64,000 nt of DNA. Origin: Patescibacteria group bacterium (GTDB lineage Bacteria; Patescibacteriota; Patescibacteriia; Patescibacteriales; UBA12465). The stretch's first letter is position 1. Each line of letters opens with the position of its first letter. Positions 53,311 through 64,000 of this stretch are shown here, piece after piece. The translations under genes and the position numbers were made by a program. The DNA lies in the NCBI GenBank assembly GCA_041665845.1, contig JBAYIC010000001.1, forward strand, positions 73,531 to 137,530. The letters are read 5' to 3'. Under the pieces are notes generated by a model. It made no database searches, was not told the origin of the DNA, and worked only from the letters and a program-made list of their open reading frames with translations.

Positions 53311-54129
53311 TTACAAATTTTCTTCAAGAGCTTCAATTTCTTTCTTAATCTCTTCTAACTTCTGATTTTCTGGGTTAGCAATTGCTAATTTCTCAAAATA
53401 TCTAATAGCTAAATCTTTATCTTTCCTCATTATACTTAAATCCAAAATTAAATCAAGATAACGCGGACTATTTGGTTCAAATTCTAAGGCCTCGGAAACA
53501 TTATCAAAAGCAGCTTCAAAATTTCCCGCTTCTTTTTCTAACCAAGCAAGCGAAAAATATATTTCCTGAATACTCAAATCGCCTAAAATCTCCTTATCAT
53601 CTCGATATTGCTTCGCAAGCCTTAGGGTATACTCGTAAGTTTGACGTGCCTCCGGATATTTTTTCAATTTTTCATAAATACTTCCTAGCTTAAAAAAAGC
53701 GCCTAAATTTTTCTGATCAAGACTTATTATTTCCACTAATTTTTCTTCCGCTTCATTAAAATTTTCTTTCTTAACTGAATCTTCGACCGTAAACAGTAAG
53801 TCTTTAATTCTTTTTTGTTTTTCTGGCCAAGGGATTTTAGCTTCTATTTTATAACTAAGCTTTATCTTCTTTAAATTATTCTGAGCGCCTTTTAGAACCT
53901 TGGCAATATTTGAATTAACTACCAAAAAAACTCTTCCAAAAAATCCGCTCCATTTAGCAAGATCTCTTTCTACTCGCGCTTTAATTATCATATTCTTAAA
54001 TTTCGATTCCTTTTCGCCCGGCATATTATTTACATCCAAAATTGCTAGAGCCGGTAGCTTCTTAACAATAATAGCAAAAATTACTGCTAAACAAATGAGT
54101 ATTAAAACAATAGAAATTATAGTAAGCAT
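53311..54129 (-). CDS. membrane-anchored TPR-repeat protein
   Basis: 272 aa; N-terminal TM helix, then 3-4 TPR-like repeats (e.g. GAFFKLGSIYEKLKKYPEARQTYEYTLRL, YFSLAWLEKEAGNFEAAFDNVSEALEFEP). Confidence 0.7.
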   Translation of the reverse strand: MLTIISIVLILICLAVIFAIIVKKLPALAILDVNNMPGEKESKFKNMIIKARVERDLAKWSGFFGRVFLVVNSNIAKVLKGAQNNLKKIKLSYKIEAKIPWPEKQKRIKDLLFTVEDSVKKENFNEAEEKLVEIISLDQKNLGAFFKLGSIYEKLKKYPEARQTYEYTLRLAKQYRDDKEILGDLSIQEIYFSLAWLEKEAGNFEAAFDNVSEALEFEPNSPRYLDLILDLSIMRKDKDLAIRYFEKLAIANPENQKLEEIKKEIEALEENL

Positions 54130-54131
54130 AT

Positions 54132-54863
54132 CTAATTATTAATTATCTGAATAAATTCCCGAGCATCTAAACTTGCGCCACCGACTAAAAGCCCATCAAC
54201 ATTTTTTTGATTTAAAAACTCAGCGGCATTCTTTATATTAACACTACCTCCATAAATTATCCTAATCTTTTTGTCTAAAATTTTAGCCGCTTCGGATTTG
54301 ATAAACACATGAATTGCTTCAGCTTCAAATGGAATAATGGCCTCCCCCGTTCCTATCGCCCAAATCGGTTCATAAGCGATAACTAGCCCAGCAGAATTTT
54401 TAATTTTAATATCTTTTAAAGCACCTTTAATTTGTCCGAGTAATACTTTTTTAGTTAAACCCGCCTCTCTTTCTGCCAAGTTCTCTCCGATACAAACAAC
54501 GGGGATAAGCTTGGCCGCTAAAGCTGAACTTATTTTTTTATTAATTAACTCTGAGTCTTCTCCTAAAACTGTTCGCCTCTCCCAATGTCCGATAATAACA
54601 TAATTTGCCCCTATTTCTTTCAAGCTAACCGGCGAAACTTCACCCGTTAAAGCGCCACTCGCTTTAATCGCACAATCTTGAGCGCCTAAATATAAATCAG
54701 TTCCTTTAAAAACCGAAGCCGCATAAACTAAAGATAAATAATCAGGACAAATTACTATTTCATTATTAGTCTTTTTTATTTTTTGCTTCAAATCTTTAAC
54801 TAAAATCTGGCTATTTTTAAAGCCTAACTGCATTTTCCAATTAGCAATAATAATTTTTTTCAT
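54132..54863 (-). CDS. tpiA: triosephosphate isomerase
   Basis: 243 aa; IIANWKM, IIGHWERR (the SER motif variant) and AYEPIWAIGTG. Confidence 0.9.
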   Translation of the reverse strand: MKKIIIANWKMQLGFKNSQILVKDLKQKIKKTNNEIVICPDYLSLVYAASVFKGTDLYLGAQDCAIKASGALTGEVSPVSLKEIGANYVIIGHWERRTVLGEDSELINKKISSALAAKLIPVVCIGENLAEREAGLTKKVLLGQIKGALKDIKIKNSAGLVIAYEPIWAIGTGEAIIPFEAEAIHVFIKSEAAKILDKKIRIIYGGSVNIKNAAEFLNQKNVDGLLVGGASLDAREFIQIINN

Positions 54864-54864
54864 A

Positions 54865-55794
54865 TTATTTATCCTTATTTTCTTTAGCCCAAGTAATAGT
54901 CCTTCTAATCCCCTCCGCTAAATCTATTTTCGGCTCCCAATTCAAAACATCCTTAGCGCGCTGACGACTTAAACAACTTCTTCTCTGCTCACCCGCTTTA
55001 GCCGGCTCTTCTTTAATTTTTATTTTTTCTCTCAAAGCGGCTTCAATTTGTTCTCGAACATCTAATAAGCTAATTTCTTTTCCTATTCCAATGTTTATTT
55101 CTCCGCGGCAATCGATTCCTTTCGCTAAACTTAACGCTTCCGCGACATCAATTACGCAAACGAAATCTCTTGTTTGTTTGCCATCCCCGAATTGTTTACT
55201 TTCTAAGCCCTTAATTGCGTTATCAACAAATATTGCAACTACTCCAGCTTCTCCGCCCTTAAATTGACGGGGGCCATAGACGTTGGCAAATCTGAGAATA
55301 GTATAGTTCAAACCGTAAACTTGATAATAATAATTTAAATATTTTTCAAAAGTGAGTTTATGAATTCCATAAGGAGAGACTGGATAAGTCGGTGCGTATT
55401 CGGCAGTCGGAATTTCTTCAGCATCACCATAAATCGCACCGCCAGTAGAAGCAAAAATAATTTTTTCTATCTTGTATTCTAAACAGTTCTCTAAAATATT
55501 TAAACCTCCCAGGATATTTATATCATTATCCAAACAAGGATTAGCAACTGAAACCCTAACGTCAATTTGCGCCGCTAAATGATAAACAAAATCAAATCCT
55601 TCTTTCTTAAAGATTTTATTTATTTTTTTTGATCGAATATCAACTTTATAAAAACTGGCTTTCGGATTCAGATAGCTTTTCTTCCCGGAAGATAAATTAT
55701 CAATTACAACAACCTCGTTCCCTTCGGAAATAAGTTTATCAACTAAAGTTGAACCGATAAATCCGGCACCGCCGGTTACTAATATTTTAGACAT
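54865..55794 (-). CDS. NAD-dependent nucleotide-sugar epimerase/dehydratase (GalE-like)
   Basis: 309 aa; VTGGAGFIGS and the catalytic YGIHK (YxxxK). Confidence 0.8.
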   Translation of the reverse strand: MSKILVTGGAGFIGSTLVDKLISEGNEVVVIDNLSSGKKSYLNPKASFYKVDIRSKKINKIFKKEGFDFVYHLAAQIDVRVSVANPCLDNDINILGGLNILENCLEYKIEKIIFASTGGAIYGDAEEIPTAEYAPTYPVSPYGIHKLTFEKYLNYYYQVYGLNYTILRFANVYGPRQFKGGEAGVVAIFVDNAIKGLESKQFGDGKQTRDFVCVIDVAEALSLAKGIDCRGEINIGIGKEISLLDVREQIEAALREKIKIKEEPAKAGEQRRSCLSRQRAKDVLNWEPKIDLAEGIRRTITWAKENKDK

Positions 55795-55822
55795 ATATTG
55801 TATAATAACATGATTTTTTGAT

Positions 55823-55861
55823 AAAAAAAAGCCCAGTTTCCGTTTGAAACGAAAACCGGGC
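55823..55861 (-). terminator. strong intrinsic terminator
   Basis: On the minus strand: GCCCGGTTTTCGTTTcAAACGGAAACTGGGC followed by TTTTTTTT. Confidence 0.8.
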
Positions 55862-55884
55862 AGACGCCATATTTTTTAGTCTTA

Positions 55885-56334
55885 TCACCTATACAAACCG
55901 GAAAATATCCGTTCACCATAAATGAGTTTCACTTCATCAACCACATCAATTTTCCAACCATTTTGGCGTGATTTAAAAATATCAACATAATATAGTGATA
56001 GGCTTTTATCGACTAATACAATGTTGTGACTTCCTTTATCACGTAGACCAAAATCATTTTCAAGCCGCAACAAACTAAGAATATACGGATATCTGAGCGG
56101 CGGAAACTGAAACCAGTTAATTTGATTAAACCGATTAATAGAATCAGCTACCACTTGGCGGCAAGCTAATTCTCTTTCTTCGTAATAACCGAATCTTTCC
56201 TGAAAAAAAAGTTTCTCAAATTTACGGCTAGCCGTAACTCCCGTCTGCACTAAAGCATCGCCAAAAAGCATAGACTCAGCATTATACTGCGGTACCATTA
56301 AAGTACCGACGTTTTCCAATAATTTTTTTTCCAT
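55885..56334 (-). CDS. hypothetical cytoplasmic protein
   Basis: 149 aa ORF; I recognise no motifs. Confidence 0.5.
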   Translation of the reverse strand: MEKKLLENVGTLMVPQYNAESMLFGDALVQTGVTASRKFEKLFFQERFGYYEERELACRQVVADSINRFNQINWFQFPPLRYPYILSLLRLENDFGLRDKGSHNIVLVDKSLSLYYVDIFKSRQNGWKIDVVDEVKLIYGERIFSGLYR

Positions 56335-56339
56335 TTATG

Positions 56340-56726
56340 TTAGTTTTTTGATTCGAGAGTTTCTTCATCAGCTGGATGTTTGCGATAATAGGACATCCCC
56401 GAAAAAAAGAAGACTAAAACAATAATAGCATGAACGATAACGGAATATCTGATAGTAGAAGGAAAAATCAGATCGCTCATAATACTAAAATTCATAAAGA
56501 AAATAAAAAATCTAATGAAGCCGACAAATGTATTCTTATCGATGTTCTTAGGGAACATGAAGAATTCAAGAAATGTCCGAGGAAGAGTTGCAATCGCCAA
56601 TATAACTATAAAGGCGAAGTAGGTATCCAAAGGATTTTGGACAAAACAAAAAAAATAAATTAGACCAACCATCCCAATGATAAAAAGAGATGTGGCCATT
56701 ACCATAAGTGCTTTAATTTTTTTCAT
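56340..56726 (-). CDS. hypothetical 4-TM membrane protein
   Basis: 128 aa, four hydrophobic helices, 5 nt upstream of the 149-aa gene. Confidence 0.5.
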   Translation of the reverse strand: MKKIKALMVMATSLFIIGMVGLIYFFCFVQNPLDTYFAFIVILAIATLPRTFLEFFMFPKNIDKNTFVGFIRFFIFFMNFSIMSDLIFPSTIRYSVIVHAIIVLVFFFSGMSYYRKHPADEETLESKN

Positions 56727-56916
56727 GATTCTTAATTTTGTTTGTTTGTTACTTAAAAAGAATATTTTTTAAATTGTTAATATACATTTTATTTCTCGTA
56801 GCTACCCGCGACGAATGGGAATATCAATTTTTTGACATCAAATTATCTTAAAATAAAACGAGGATTTAGTCAATAGAAGACAAATAATATTAGCTGATTT
56901 ATACGCTAAACTTCCC

Positions 56917-56945
56917 TTGCTTTCCTGAGATATTTTTGCTAAAAT
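56917..56945 (+). promoter_or_regulatory. candidate gyrB promoter
   Basis: TTGCTT (56917..56922), 17-nt spacer, TAAAAT (56940..56945). Confidence 0.45.
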
Positions 56946-56978
56946 ATTAGCAGATAATTAATAAACTTTTAACTATAA

Positions 56979-59063
<2,085 letters not shown>

Positions 59064-59099
59064 AAATAGTCGCCCACATAACTACGACTAATTATATTT

Positions 59100-59531
59100 A
59101 TGTATATTTATATTCTTACGCCCATCGTTTCCTTTATTATCGCCCAGGGATTAAAAGTGTTTATTAAATCATTTAACAAAAAGATCACTTGGCATGATGT
59201 CTTCGCTTATTCCGATATGCCTTCTGGACATACCTCGGTTGTTGTGGCCATAACAGCTATCATCGGGTTAAAACTTGGGGTTAGCTCTCCTATTTTCGCC
59301 GTCGCTTTTGTTTTTGCCATGATTGTTATAGTTGATGCTATTGGCCTGAGAAACTATCTCGGTCAACATGGGAAAACTTTAAATATCTTAGTTAAAGATT
59401 TAAAAGAGGATGATTTTCTTGATAACTCTTATCCAAAATTATTGGAAAAGATTGGCCATACCCCCTTGCAAGTTGTGGCTGGAGCAACTATTGGAATTCT
59501 AACTAGTATTGCTTCTTGGTTGATATTTTAA
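59100..59531 (+). CDS. DUF212/divergent PAP2 (acid phosphatase/vanadium haloperoxidase-related) membrane protein
   Basis: 143 aa, 4 TM helices, with the MPSGHTS motif. Confidence 0.65.
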   Translation: MYIYILTPIVSFIIAQGLKVFIKSFNKKITWHDVFAYSDMPSGHTSVVVAITAIIGLKLGVSSPIFAVAFVFAMIVIVDAIGLRNYLGQHGKTLNILVKDLKEDDFLDNSYPKLLEKIGHTPLQVVAGATIGILTSIASWLIF

Positions 59532-59554
59532 TTTTGAAATTAACTATATAAATT

Positions 59555-59586
59555 AAAAAAGCCTCAAGTACAATTGAGGCTTTTTT
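59555..59586. terminator. bidirectional intrinsic terminator
   Basis: aaaaaaGCCTCAAgtacaaTTGAGGCtttttt between convergent genes. Confidence 0.8.
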
Positions 59587-59619
59587 ATTAGACGAATGCA
59601 CTTTTAAATGTGCACGTGG

Positions 59620-59901
59620 CTAACAAGAAATGTAAAGGAAGCCTTCTTTTTTTTGCACAGTAAGGAAATGTGCTGCATACCCTCTCGCATCCACAAATGC
59701 ATCATACATTTGAGCAATTTTGAATTTTGGTATGTCTAATTTATGCAAATCTTCCTTTTCTTTTCCCCAGGCGGCATCAAGAATTTTTTTGATACCATCC
59801 TTAGTTTCCATCTCCGGTTCGGCTAAATTGAAGCCGAAATGCTGATTAAGGATTGAGAGAATTTCCCTTTCTCTAGGATCCAGTTCGGTGGGTTTTTTCA
59901 T
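59620..59901 (-). CDS. hypothetical protein
   Basis: 93 aa ORF; I recognise no motifs. Confidence 0.4.
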   Translation of the reverse strand: MKKPTELDPREREILSILNQHFGFNLAEPEMETKDGIKKILDAAWGKEKEDLHKLDIPKFKIAQMYDAFVDARGYAAHFLTVQKKEGFLYISC

Positions 59902-59959
59902 GGCTAGAAATTGTTTTTAAATTTATATACTATATTTTAAATAACTATTTATATAAGTT

Positions 59960-60859
59960 TTATTCAGAAATTATCAAGCTAACTCCCGCCATCAAATCAT
60001 CCCTTTCTAACTTTAACAAATCTAATATCGTTGGCGCAATATCTGCTAAAGTTCCGGCTGGTTCTAACAAACTTAAATCTCCGGCTGGAGCATCCTTAAG
60101 CCCGATTGTCTTGCCAACAAATTCTTGGCCAATAATTATAAATGGAACTGGATTATCAGTAATGTTTTTATCAAGCAAGTCAGTCGACATATCTCTCATC
60201 CTTTCGGCATTACCATGTGCGGAACTTACTACCAACACTCCGTTTCTATCTATGATTTCTTTAGCTAAACGTCGGATAGCTTTATCAATCGCTTCTGCTG
60301 CTTTTATAACTTCTGAAAAATCGGAAGAAGAAGCGACTGCATCTAAAATCGGAATAGAAGCAACGATAAAATCATATTTATCATTTTTTACAGCCCTTAA
60401 AGAGTCTTTAATAATTTTTTGCAAAGATAAAAAAACATTAAATGATTCATCGCCGGAAACTGAAATAGTTAACCAATCCTCACCTATTAATTTTTCCTCT
60501 CTATGCCCATTAAAAAAACTGGTTAAAGCGGCTAATCGTTCACTATCAAAGATTTTCAATTGCTTAAGACCAGCATCGGAAATAATTTTTGTTAAATCAT
60601 TTTTTGCTTCTCCGTTTTCATCTTCAAAACTACACCCAGCGCCTAGTCTTAAATATCGAGCATTTACACTACCAGCTCCGGTTTCTAAAATTGCTGTTGG
60701 GAATTCTTTCGCTAGTTTAAAAAAATACGGCGTCTTAGCTGAACCAATGGCGTTAGCTTCACCCTTCTCGGCTATTCCCCAGCCATCAAGTAATAACAAA
60801 AATACCAGCTTTGGCCTTAAAGCTCTAGATTCATCTTCTTCGGTATTATTATTTTCCAT
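59960..60859 (-). CDS. domain-deleted, ligand-degenerate cofactor-independent phosphoglycerate mutase (iPGM)-like protein
   Basis: 299 aa. The N-terminal LVFLLLLDGWGI..NAIGSAKTP and the C-terminal GLKQLKIFDSERLAALTSFFNG..EDW, KYDFIV, SAHGNAE, DNPVPFII and LADIAPTILDLL align with the iPGM phosphatase domain. The ~230-aa transferase domain and the Ser-nucleophile segment are absent. An 11-nt overlap with the eno stop. Confidence 0.7.
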   Translation of the reverse strand: MENNNTEEDESRALRPKLVFLLLLDGWGIAEKGEANAIGSAKTPYFFKLAKEFPTAILETGAGSVNARYLRLGAGCSFEDENGEAKNDLTKIISDAGLKQLKIFDSERLAALTSFFNGHREEKLIGEDWLTISVSGDESFNVFLSLQKIIKDSLRAVKNDKYDFIVASIPILDAVASSSDFSEVIKAAEAIDKAIRRLAKEIIDRNGVLVVSSAHGNAERMRDMSTDLLDKNITDNPVPFIIIGQEFVGKTIGLKDAPAGDLSLLEPAGTLADIAPTILDLLKLERDDLMAGVSLIISE

Positions 60860-62111
60860 TTCTTTTTAAAATATTATCAATCTCCAATAAACGATTATAT
60901 TTAGCAATTCTTTCACCTCGGGATAACGAACCAGCTTTAAGATAATCGGCCTGAGAGGCAACCGCTAAGTCAACAATGAAATCATCATTAGTTTCTCCGC
61001 TTCGATGAGAGACAATAACCTTATAATTATGTTTATTGGCTAATTTTATACATTCTACAGTTTCCGTCAAGGTGCCAATCTGATTAGGCTTAATTATCAA
61101 GGCATTAGCAGCTTTTTCTTTAATTCCTGTACGTAAACGATCAGAATTAGTCGTAAATAAGTCATCGCCAACTATCAGCATATCTTTCCCAAGTTCAGCT
61201 GTTAAACTGCGCCAATTATCCCAATCGTCTTCCGCCAATCCGTCTTCTAAATAAATAATCGGATATTTTTTAAACCAAGAATCATACAAACCGATAAGAT
61301 TATCAGCGGTAAAATAAGCTTTATCAAGCGGGAAAACATAACGCTTAGTATTTGCTTCAAATAAAACTGAAGAACCAACATCTATTCCTAACCAAAAATC
61401 TTGACCAGCATTGTAACCAGCGCGCATTGCCGCCGCTAATATTAATTCGATGGCTTCGATACTAGAATCCAAATCAGGCGCATAACCACCTTCAGCACCT
61501 GTATCGGTATCGTAACCAGCGCTTTTTAGCTCTTCGCCCAGTACATGAAAAATATCAGCTCCCTGTTCAATCATTTTCGCTGCTTCTGCTTTTTTAGGAA
61601 TTATTAAAAATTCTTGAAAATCTAAATTAGTATCGGCATGTCTACCGCCATTAAAAATATTAAAAATAGGAACCGGAATCATTGGAGCGGCGAAAGAATA
61701 AGTTGCTCCTAAATATTCAAATAATTCTTGTTTTTTGCTTTTTGCACCAGCTCGAGCACAAGCCAAAGAAACGGCTAATATTGTATTAGCGCCTAAATTA
61801 GATTTATTTTTAGTTCCATCAAGTTCAACTAATTTTTTATCTATTTCTAATTGACGAGTTGCATCAAGTCCTAAAATAACCGGAGCAATAATTTCATTTA
61901 TTTTTGAGACTGCTTTTAAAACACCTCTCCCCCCATAACGTTTTTTATCACCATCGCGCAACTCAAAAGCTTCATACATTCCGACCGAGAGACCGCTAGG
62001 AACACTAGCGCAAGCAGTTGTCCCATTATCAAGAATTACTTCGGCTTCTAAAGTCGGCCAACCGCGAGAATCTAAAATCTCTCGAGCTTTAAGACTTTTT
62101 ATTTTTGGCAT
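60849..62111 (-). CDS. eno: enolase
   Basis: 420 aa; AREILDSRGWPT, IKPNQIGTLTE and SHRSGETND. Confidence 0.95.
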   Translation of the reverse strand: MPKIKSLKAREILDSRGWPTLEAEVILDNGTTACASVPSGLSVGMYEAFELRDGDKKRYGGRGVLKAVSKINEIIAPVILGLDATRQLEIDKKLVELDGTKNKSNLGANTILAVSLACARAGAKSKKQELFEYLGATYSFAAPMIPVPIFNIFNGGRHADTNLDFQEFLIIPKKAEAAKMIEQGADIFHVLGEELKSAGYDTDTGAEGGYAPDLDSSIEAIELILAAAMRAGYNAGQDFWLGIDVGSSVLFEANTKRYVFPLDKAYFTADNLIGLYDSWFKKYPIIYLEDGLAEDDWDNWRSLTAELGKDMLIVGDDLFTTNSDRLRTGIKEKAANALIIKPNQIGTLTETVECIKLANKHNYKVIVSHRSGETNDDFIVDLAVASQADYLKAGSLSRGERIAKYNRLLEIDNILKRNGK

Positions 62112-62120
62112 ATATTTAAA

Positions 62121-63278
62121 TTAAGAAACAATTTTCTTAAGACCAGGCATTTTTTCACCACCTAAATAAGATAGCATCGCGCCACCAGCTGTTGAAACCC
62201 AATCAACGTACTGCATCATTCCACTCATTTTCAGCGCCTCAACAGTTTCTCCGCCCCCAACTAAACCATAAGCCTTGCCGGTAGAACGAGTAGCGATAAG
62301 GCGTGCAATTGAGAGAGTTCCATTTTTAAAATGTTCTTCCTCAAACTTTCCCATCGGTCCATTCCAAATAATAGTTTGTGCTTTTTTAATGTAAGTTGCG
62401 TAAAGAGTAGTAGTTTCTGGACCAATATCTAAAATAGCATCATTTTTTTTAACTTCACTAGTCTTTTTTAAAGATATTTTCCCTTTAGTACTTCTAACAA
62501 CAACATCAACCGGTAAAATTATTTTAGTATCTTTCATTTTTCCTCTTAACAGTTTTTTGATTGTTAGCATACTATCAGCATCATACAAAGAACGGCCAAT
62601 CTCTAATTTGTTAAACTTAAAAAAATTATTAGCTAGGCCACCTCCCAAAAGAATTTGGTTAGCGACCGGATATAGTTTTGAAATAAGCGGCGCCTTAGTG
62701 TTTATTTTAGCTCCGCCCATAATAACAACAAAAGGTTTTTTTGGCTTTATTACTTTATTTAAAGCTTTTAATTCTTTCTCTAATAAAAGTCCGGCAAATG
62801 ATGGTAAATAATCTTTCACGGCCGAAACTGAAGCCTGAGCGCGATGGGAAACAGCAAAAGCATCATTAACATACAAATCAGCTAACCCGGCTAATTGCTT
62901 AGCGAAAATCTGATCGTCTTCCAGTTCTCCTTTATTAAAACGTAAATTTTCTAAAAATATTATTTCCCCATCTCCCATTTTCTTAACCGCCGCTTCAACT
63001 TTCGCGTTGATTGTTTCAGAAATAAATTTTATTTTTTTATTTAAAATTTTTCGTAAGCGCGCAACAACCGGAGCGACTGAAAGGTTAGAATCGCTTAAGT
63101 GTGTAATAATTATTATTTTTGCTTTTTGAGATAAAAGCAGCTTTATTGTCTCTAAACCAGCAACTATCTTATAATCATCTCTAACTTTATTATTCTCTAG
63201 AGGAACATTAAAATCAACTCGCAGAAGAACGCGTTTTCCTTTAAAATTTTTAAAATAATTAACGGATTTTATTTTCAC
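62121..63278 (-). CDS. pgk: phosphoglycerate kinase
   Basis: 385 aa with a GTG start; LLRVDFNVP, NDAFAVSHRAQAS and GGGETV. Confidence 0.93.
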   Translation of the reverse strand: MKIKSVNYFKNFKGKRVLLRVDFNVPLENNKVRDDYKIVAGLETIKLLLSQKAKIIIITHLSDSNLSVAPVVARLRKILNKKIKFISETINAKVEAAVKKMGDGEIIFLENLRFNKGELEDDQIFAKQLAGLADLYVNDAFAVSHRAQASVSAVKDYLPSFAGLLLEKELKALNKVIKPKKPFVVIMGGAKINTKAPLISKLYPVANQILLGGGLANNFFKFNKLEIGRSLYDADSMLTIKKLLRGKMKDTKIILPVDVVVRSTKGKISLKKTSEVKKNDAILDIGPETTTLYATYIKKAQTIIWNGPMGKFEEEHFKNGTLSIARLIATRSTGKAYGLVGGGETVEALKMSGMMQYVDWVSTAGGAMLSYLGGEKMPGLKKIVS

Positions 63279-63289
63279 AAATGATAAAG

Positions 63290-64000
63290 TTATTTTTTCT
63301 CTCCCAATTTAATACTAGCTTCTTTTTCTATACCGCTTCTTTGATAAGTAAGGGTAATAGAATCTCCCGGATTATAAGCAGCAATAATATCAGCTAAATC
63401 ATTAGCCGAGTCCAACTCTTGATTATTAATCCAAGTTATTATATCGCCTTCCTTGAGACCGGCGAGACCAGCTGGGCTGTTTTTTAAAACAGCTGGGAGA
63501 TCTTCTGATTTATGTAACCAAGCACCTTTTTCTACATTTAAACCTAAAATTTGCGTCGAACTTAAATCTAGATAATTCACTCCTAAAAACGGCTGTGAAG
63601 CAATACCTTTCTTAAAAAAACTTTGCCAATAAGCATTATAAGAAAAGGCAGGAATAATTTCTTTATTAGCGCCAACAACCGCGACTAAATCTCCAGCTAA
63701 ATTAAAGACGAAAGAATTTTCAAATTTGTCGCCCAAATCTCCCGCTAAAGTAAACCGAGCATTCAATGAATCGCTGCTTAAAACCGGCGGGATTTTTTTA
63801 AATGAGGATAAGGAGGTTAAAAAAACATTACTAAAATCATCAACTACTAACACCGATTGTCCGAGTGAAATATCGGATCTTAAAACAATTTTTTTAACTG
63901 ATAAATTACTAGCAGCCGCTAAATGTAAAAAAATTAAATCTCCCGGTAAATCATCAAAACTCGCAATCTGATCTAATTTATAAATTTTACGATCATTAGT
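63290..64000 (-). CDS. PDZ-domain protein, HtrA-like C-terminal part (5' end outside the window)
   Basis: The frame stays open from 63853 to the window edge. The PDZ motif is GLAGLKEGDIITWINNQEL...GDSITLTYQR. The preceding segment GDKFENSFVFNLAGDLVAVVG resembles a degenerate GNSGGP loop. Confidence 0.5.
   Translation of the reverse strand, partial: TNDRKIYKLDQIASFDDLPGDLIFLHLAAASNLSVKKIVLRSDISLGQSVLVVDDFSNVFLTSLSSFKKIPPVLSSDSLNARFTLAGDLGDKFENSFVFNLAGDLVAVVGANKEIIPAFSYNAYWQSFFKKGIASQPFLGVNYLDLSSTQILGLNVEKGAWLHKSEDLPAVLKNSPAGLAGLKEGDIITWINNQELDSANDLADIIAAYNPGDSITLTYQRSGIEKEASIKLGEKK

Noticed and set aside
60111-60869. 252-aa plus-strand ORF, unusually long for AT-rich DNA
   Set aside because: It lies exactly antisense to the iPGM-like gene, and its Ser/Leu/Phe-rich low-complexity translation has no motifs. 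The minus-strand frame has clear iPGM homology and is translationally coupled to eno. I treat it as a shadow ORF.

Overview
This 64-kb window comes from an AT-rich, very gene-dense, streamlined bacterial chromosome. The gene content and protein families resemble Patescibacteria/CPR-type genomes, but that placement is inference only. I call about 65 protein genes and 3 tRNAs (Trp-CCA, Tyr-GTA, Thr-GGT). I saw no rRNA, CRISPR array, transposase or integrase. All but six genes are on the minus strand, with very short gaps or overlaps, so long co-directional operons are likely.

Gene content by region:
- 0-10 kb: a cell-envelope and morphogenesis block. It holds an S8 protease with FG-GAP repeats, a GT4 glycosyltransferase, a second MreB, a CheY-like receiver, rmlB, an rmlC-like cupin, a HIT protein, a PfkB kinase, and mreBCD.
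- 10-24 kb: proS, ruvA, a U32 peptidase, ileS, an array of four Nudix hydrolases plus a MazG-like protein, and secA.
- 24-30 kb: an orphan MutS-domain-V-like ATPase on the plus strand, then class I RNR genes. The nrdB looks R2c-like, and an NrdR-type box overlaps the promoter.
- 30-44 kb: scattered purine genes (purM, purC, purE-like, large purL), an EamA transporter fused to riboflavin kinase, an ABC-F ATPase, a YhhQ-like transporter and a PIF1-like helicase.
- 44-49 kb: an oxidative-stress pair (rubrerythrin plus a 46-aa desulforedoxin missed by the ORF track), rpmG (also missed) and mutM.
- 49-53 kb: a tRNA-bracketed segment. It holds a VirB2-like pilin and a GC-elevated two-gene membrane cassette under a perfect consensus promoter.
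- 53-64 kb: tpiA, gyrB, and a pgk-eno operon that ends in a domain-deleted iPGM-like gene.

The best candidates for something undescribed are the insulated GC-elevated membrane cassette (49.9-52.1 kb), the Nudix/MazG/SEC-C array (18.1-21.3 kb) and the orphan MutS-like ATPase (24.2-26.2 kb). None of them can be assigned a function from sequence alone. All family calls rest on motif recognition by eye, not on database searches.
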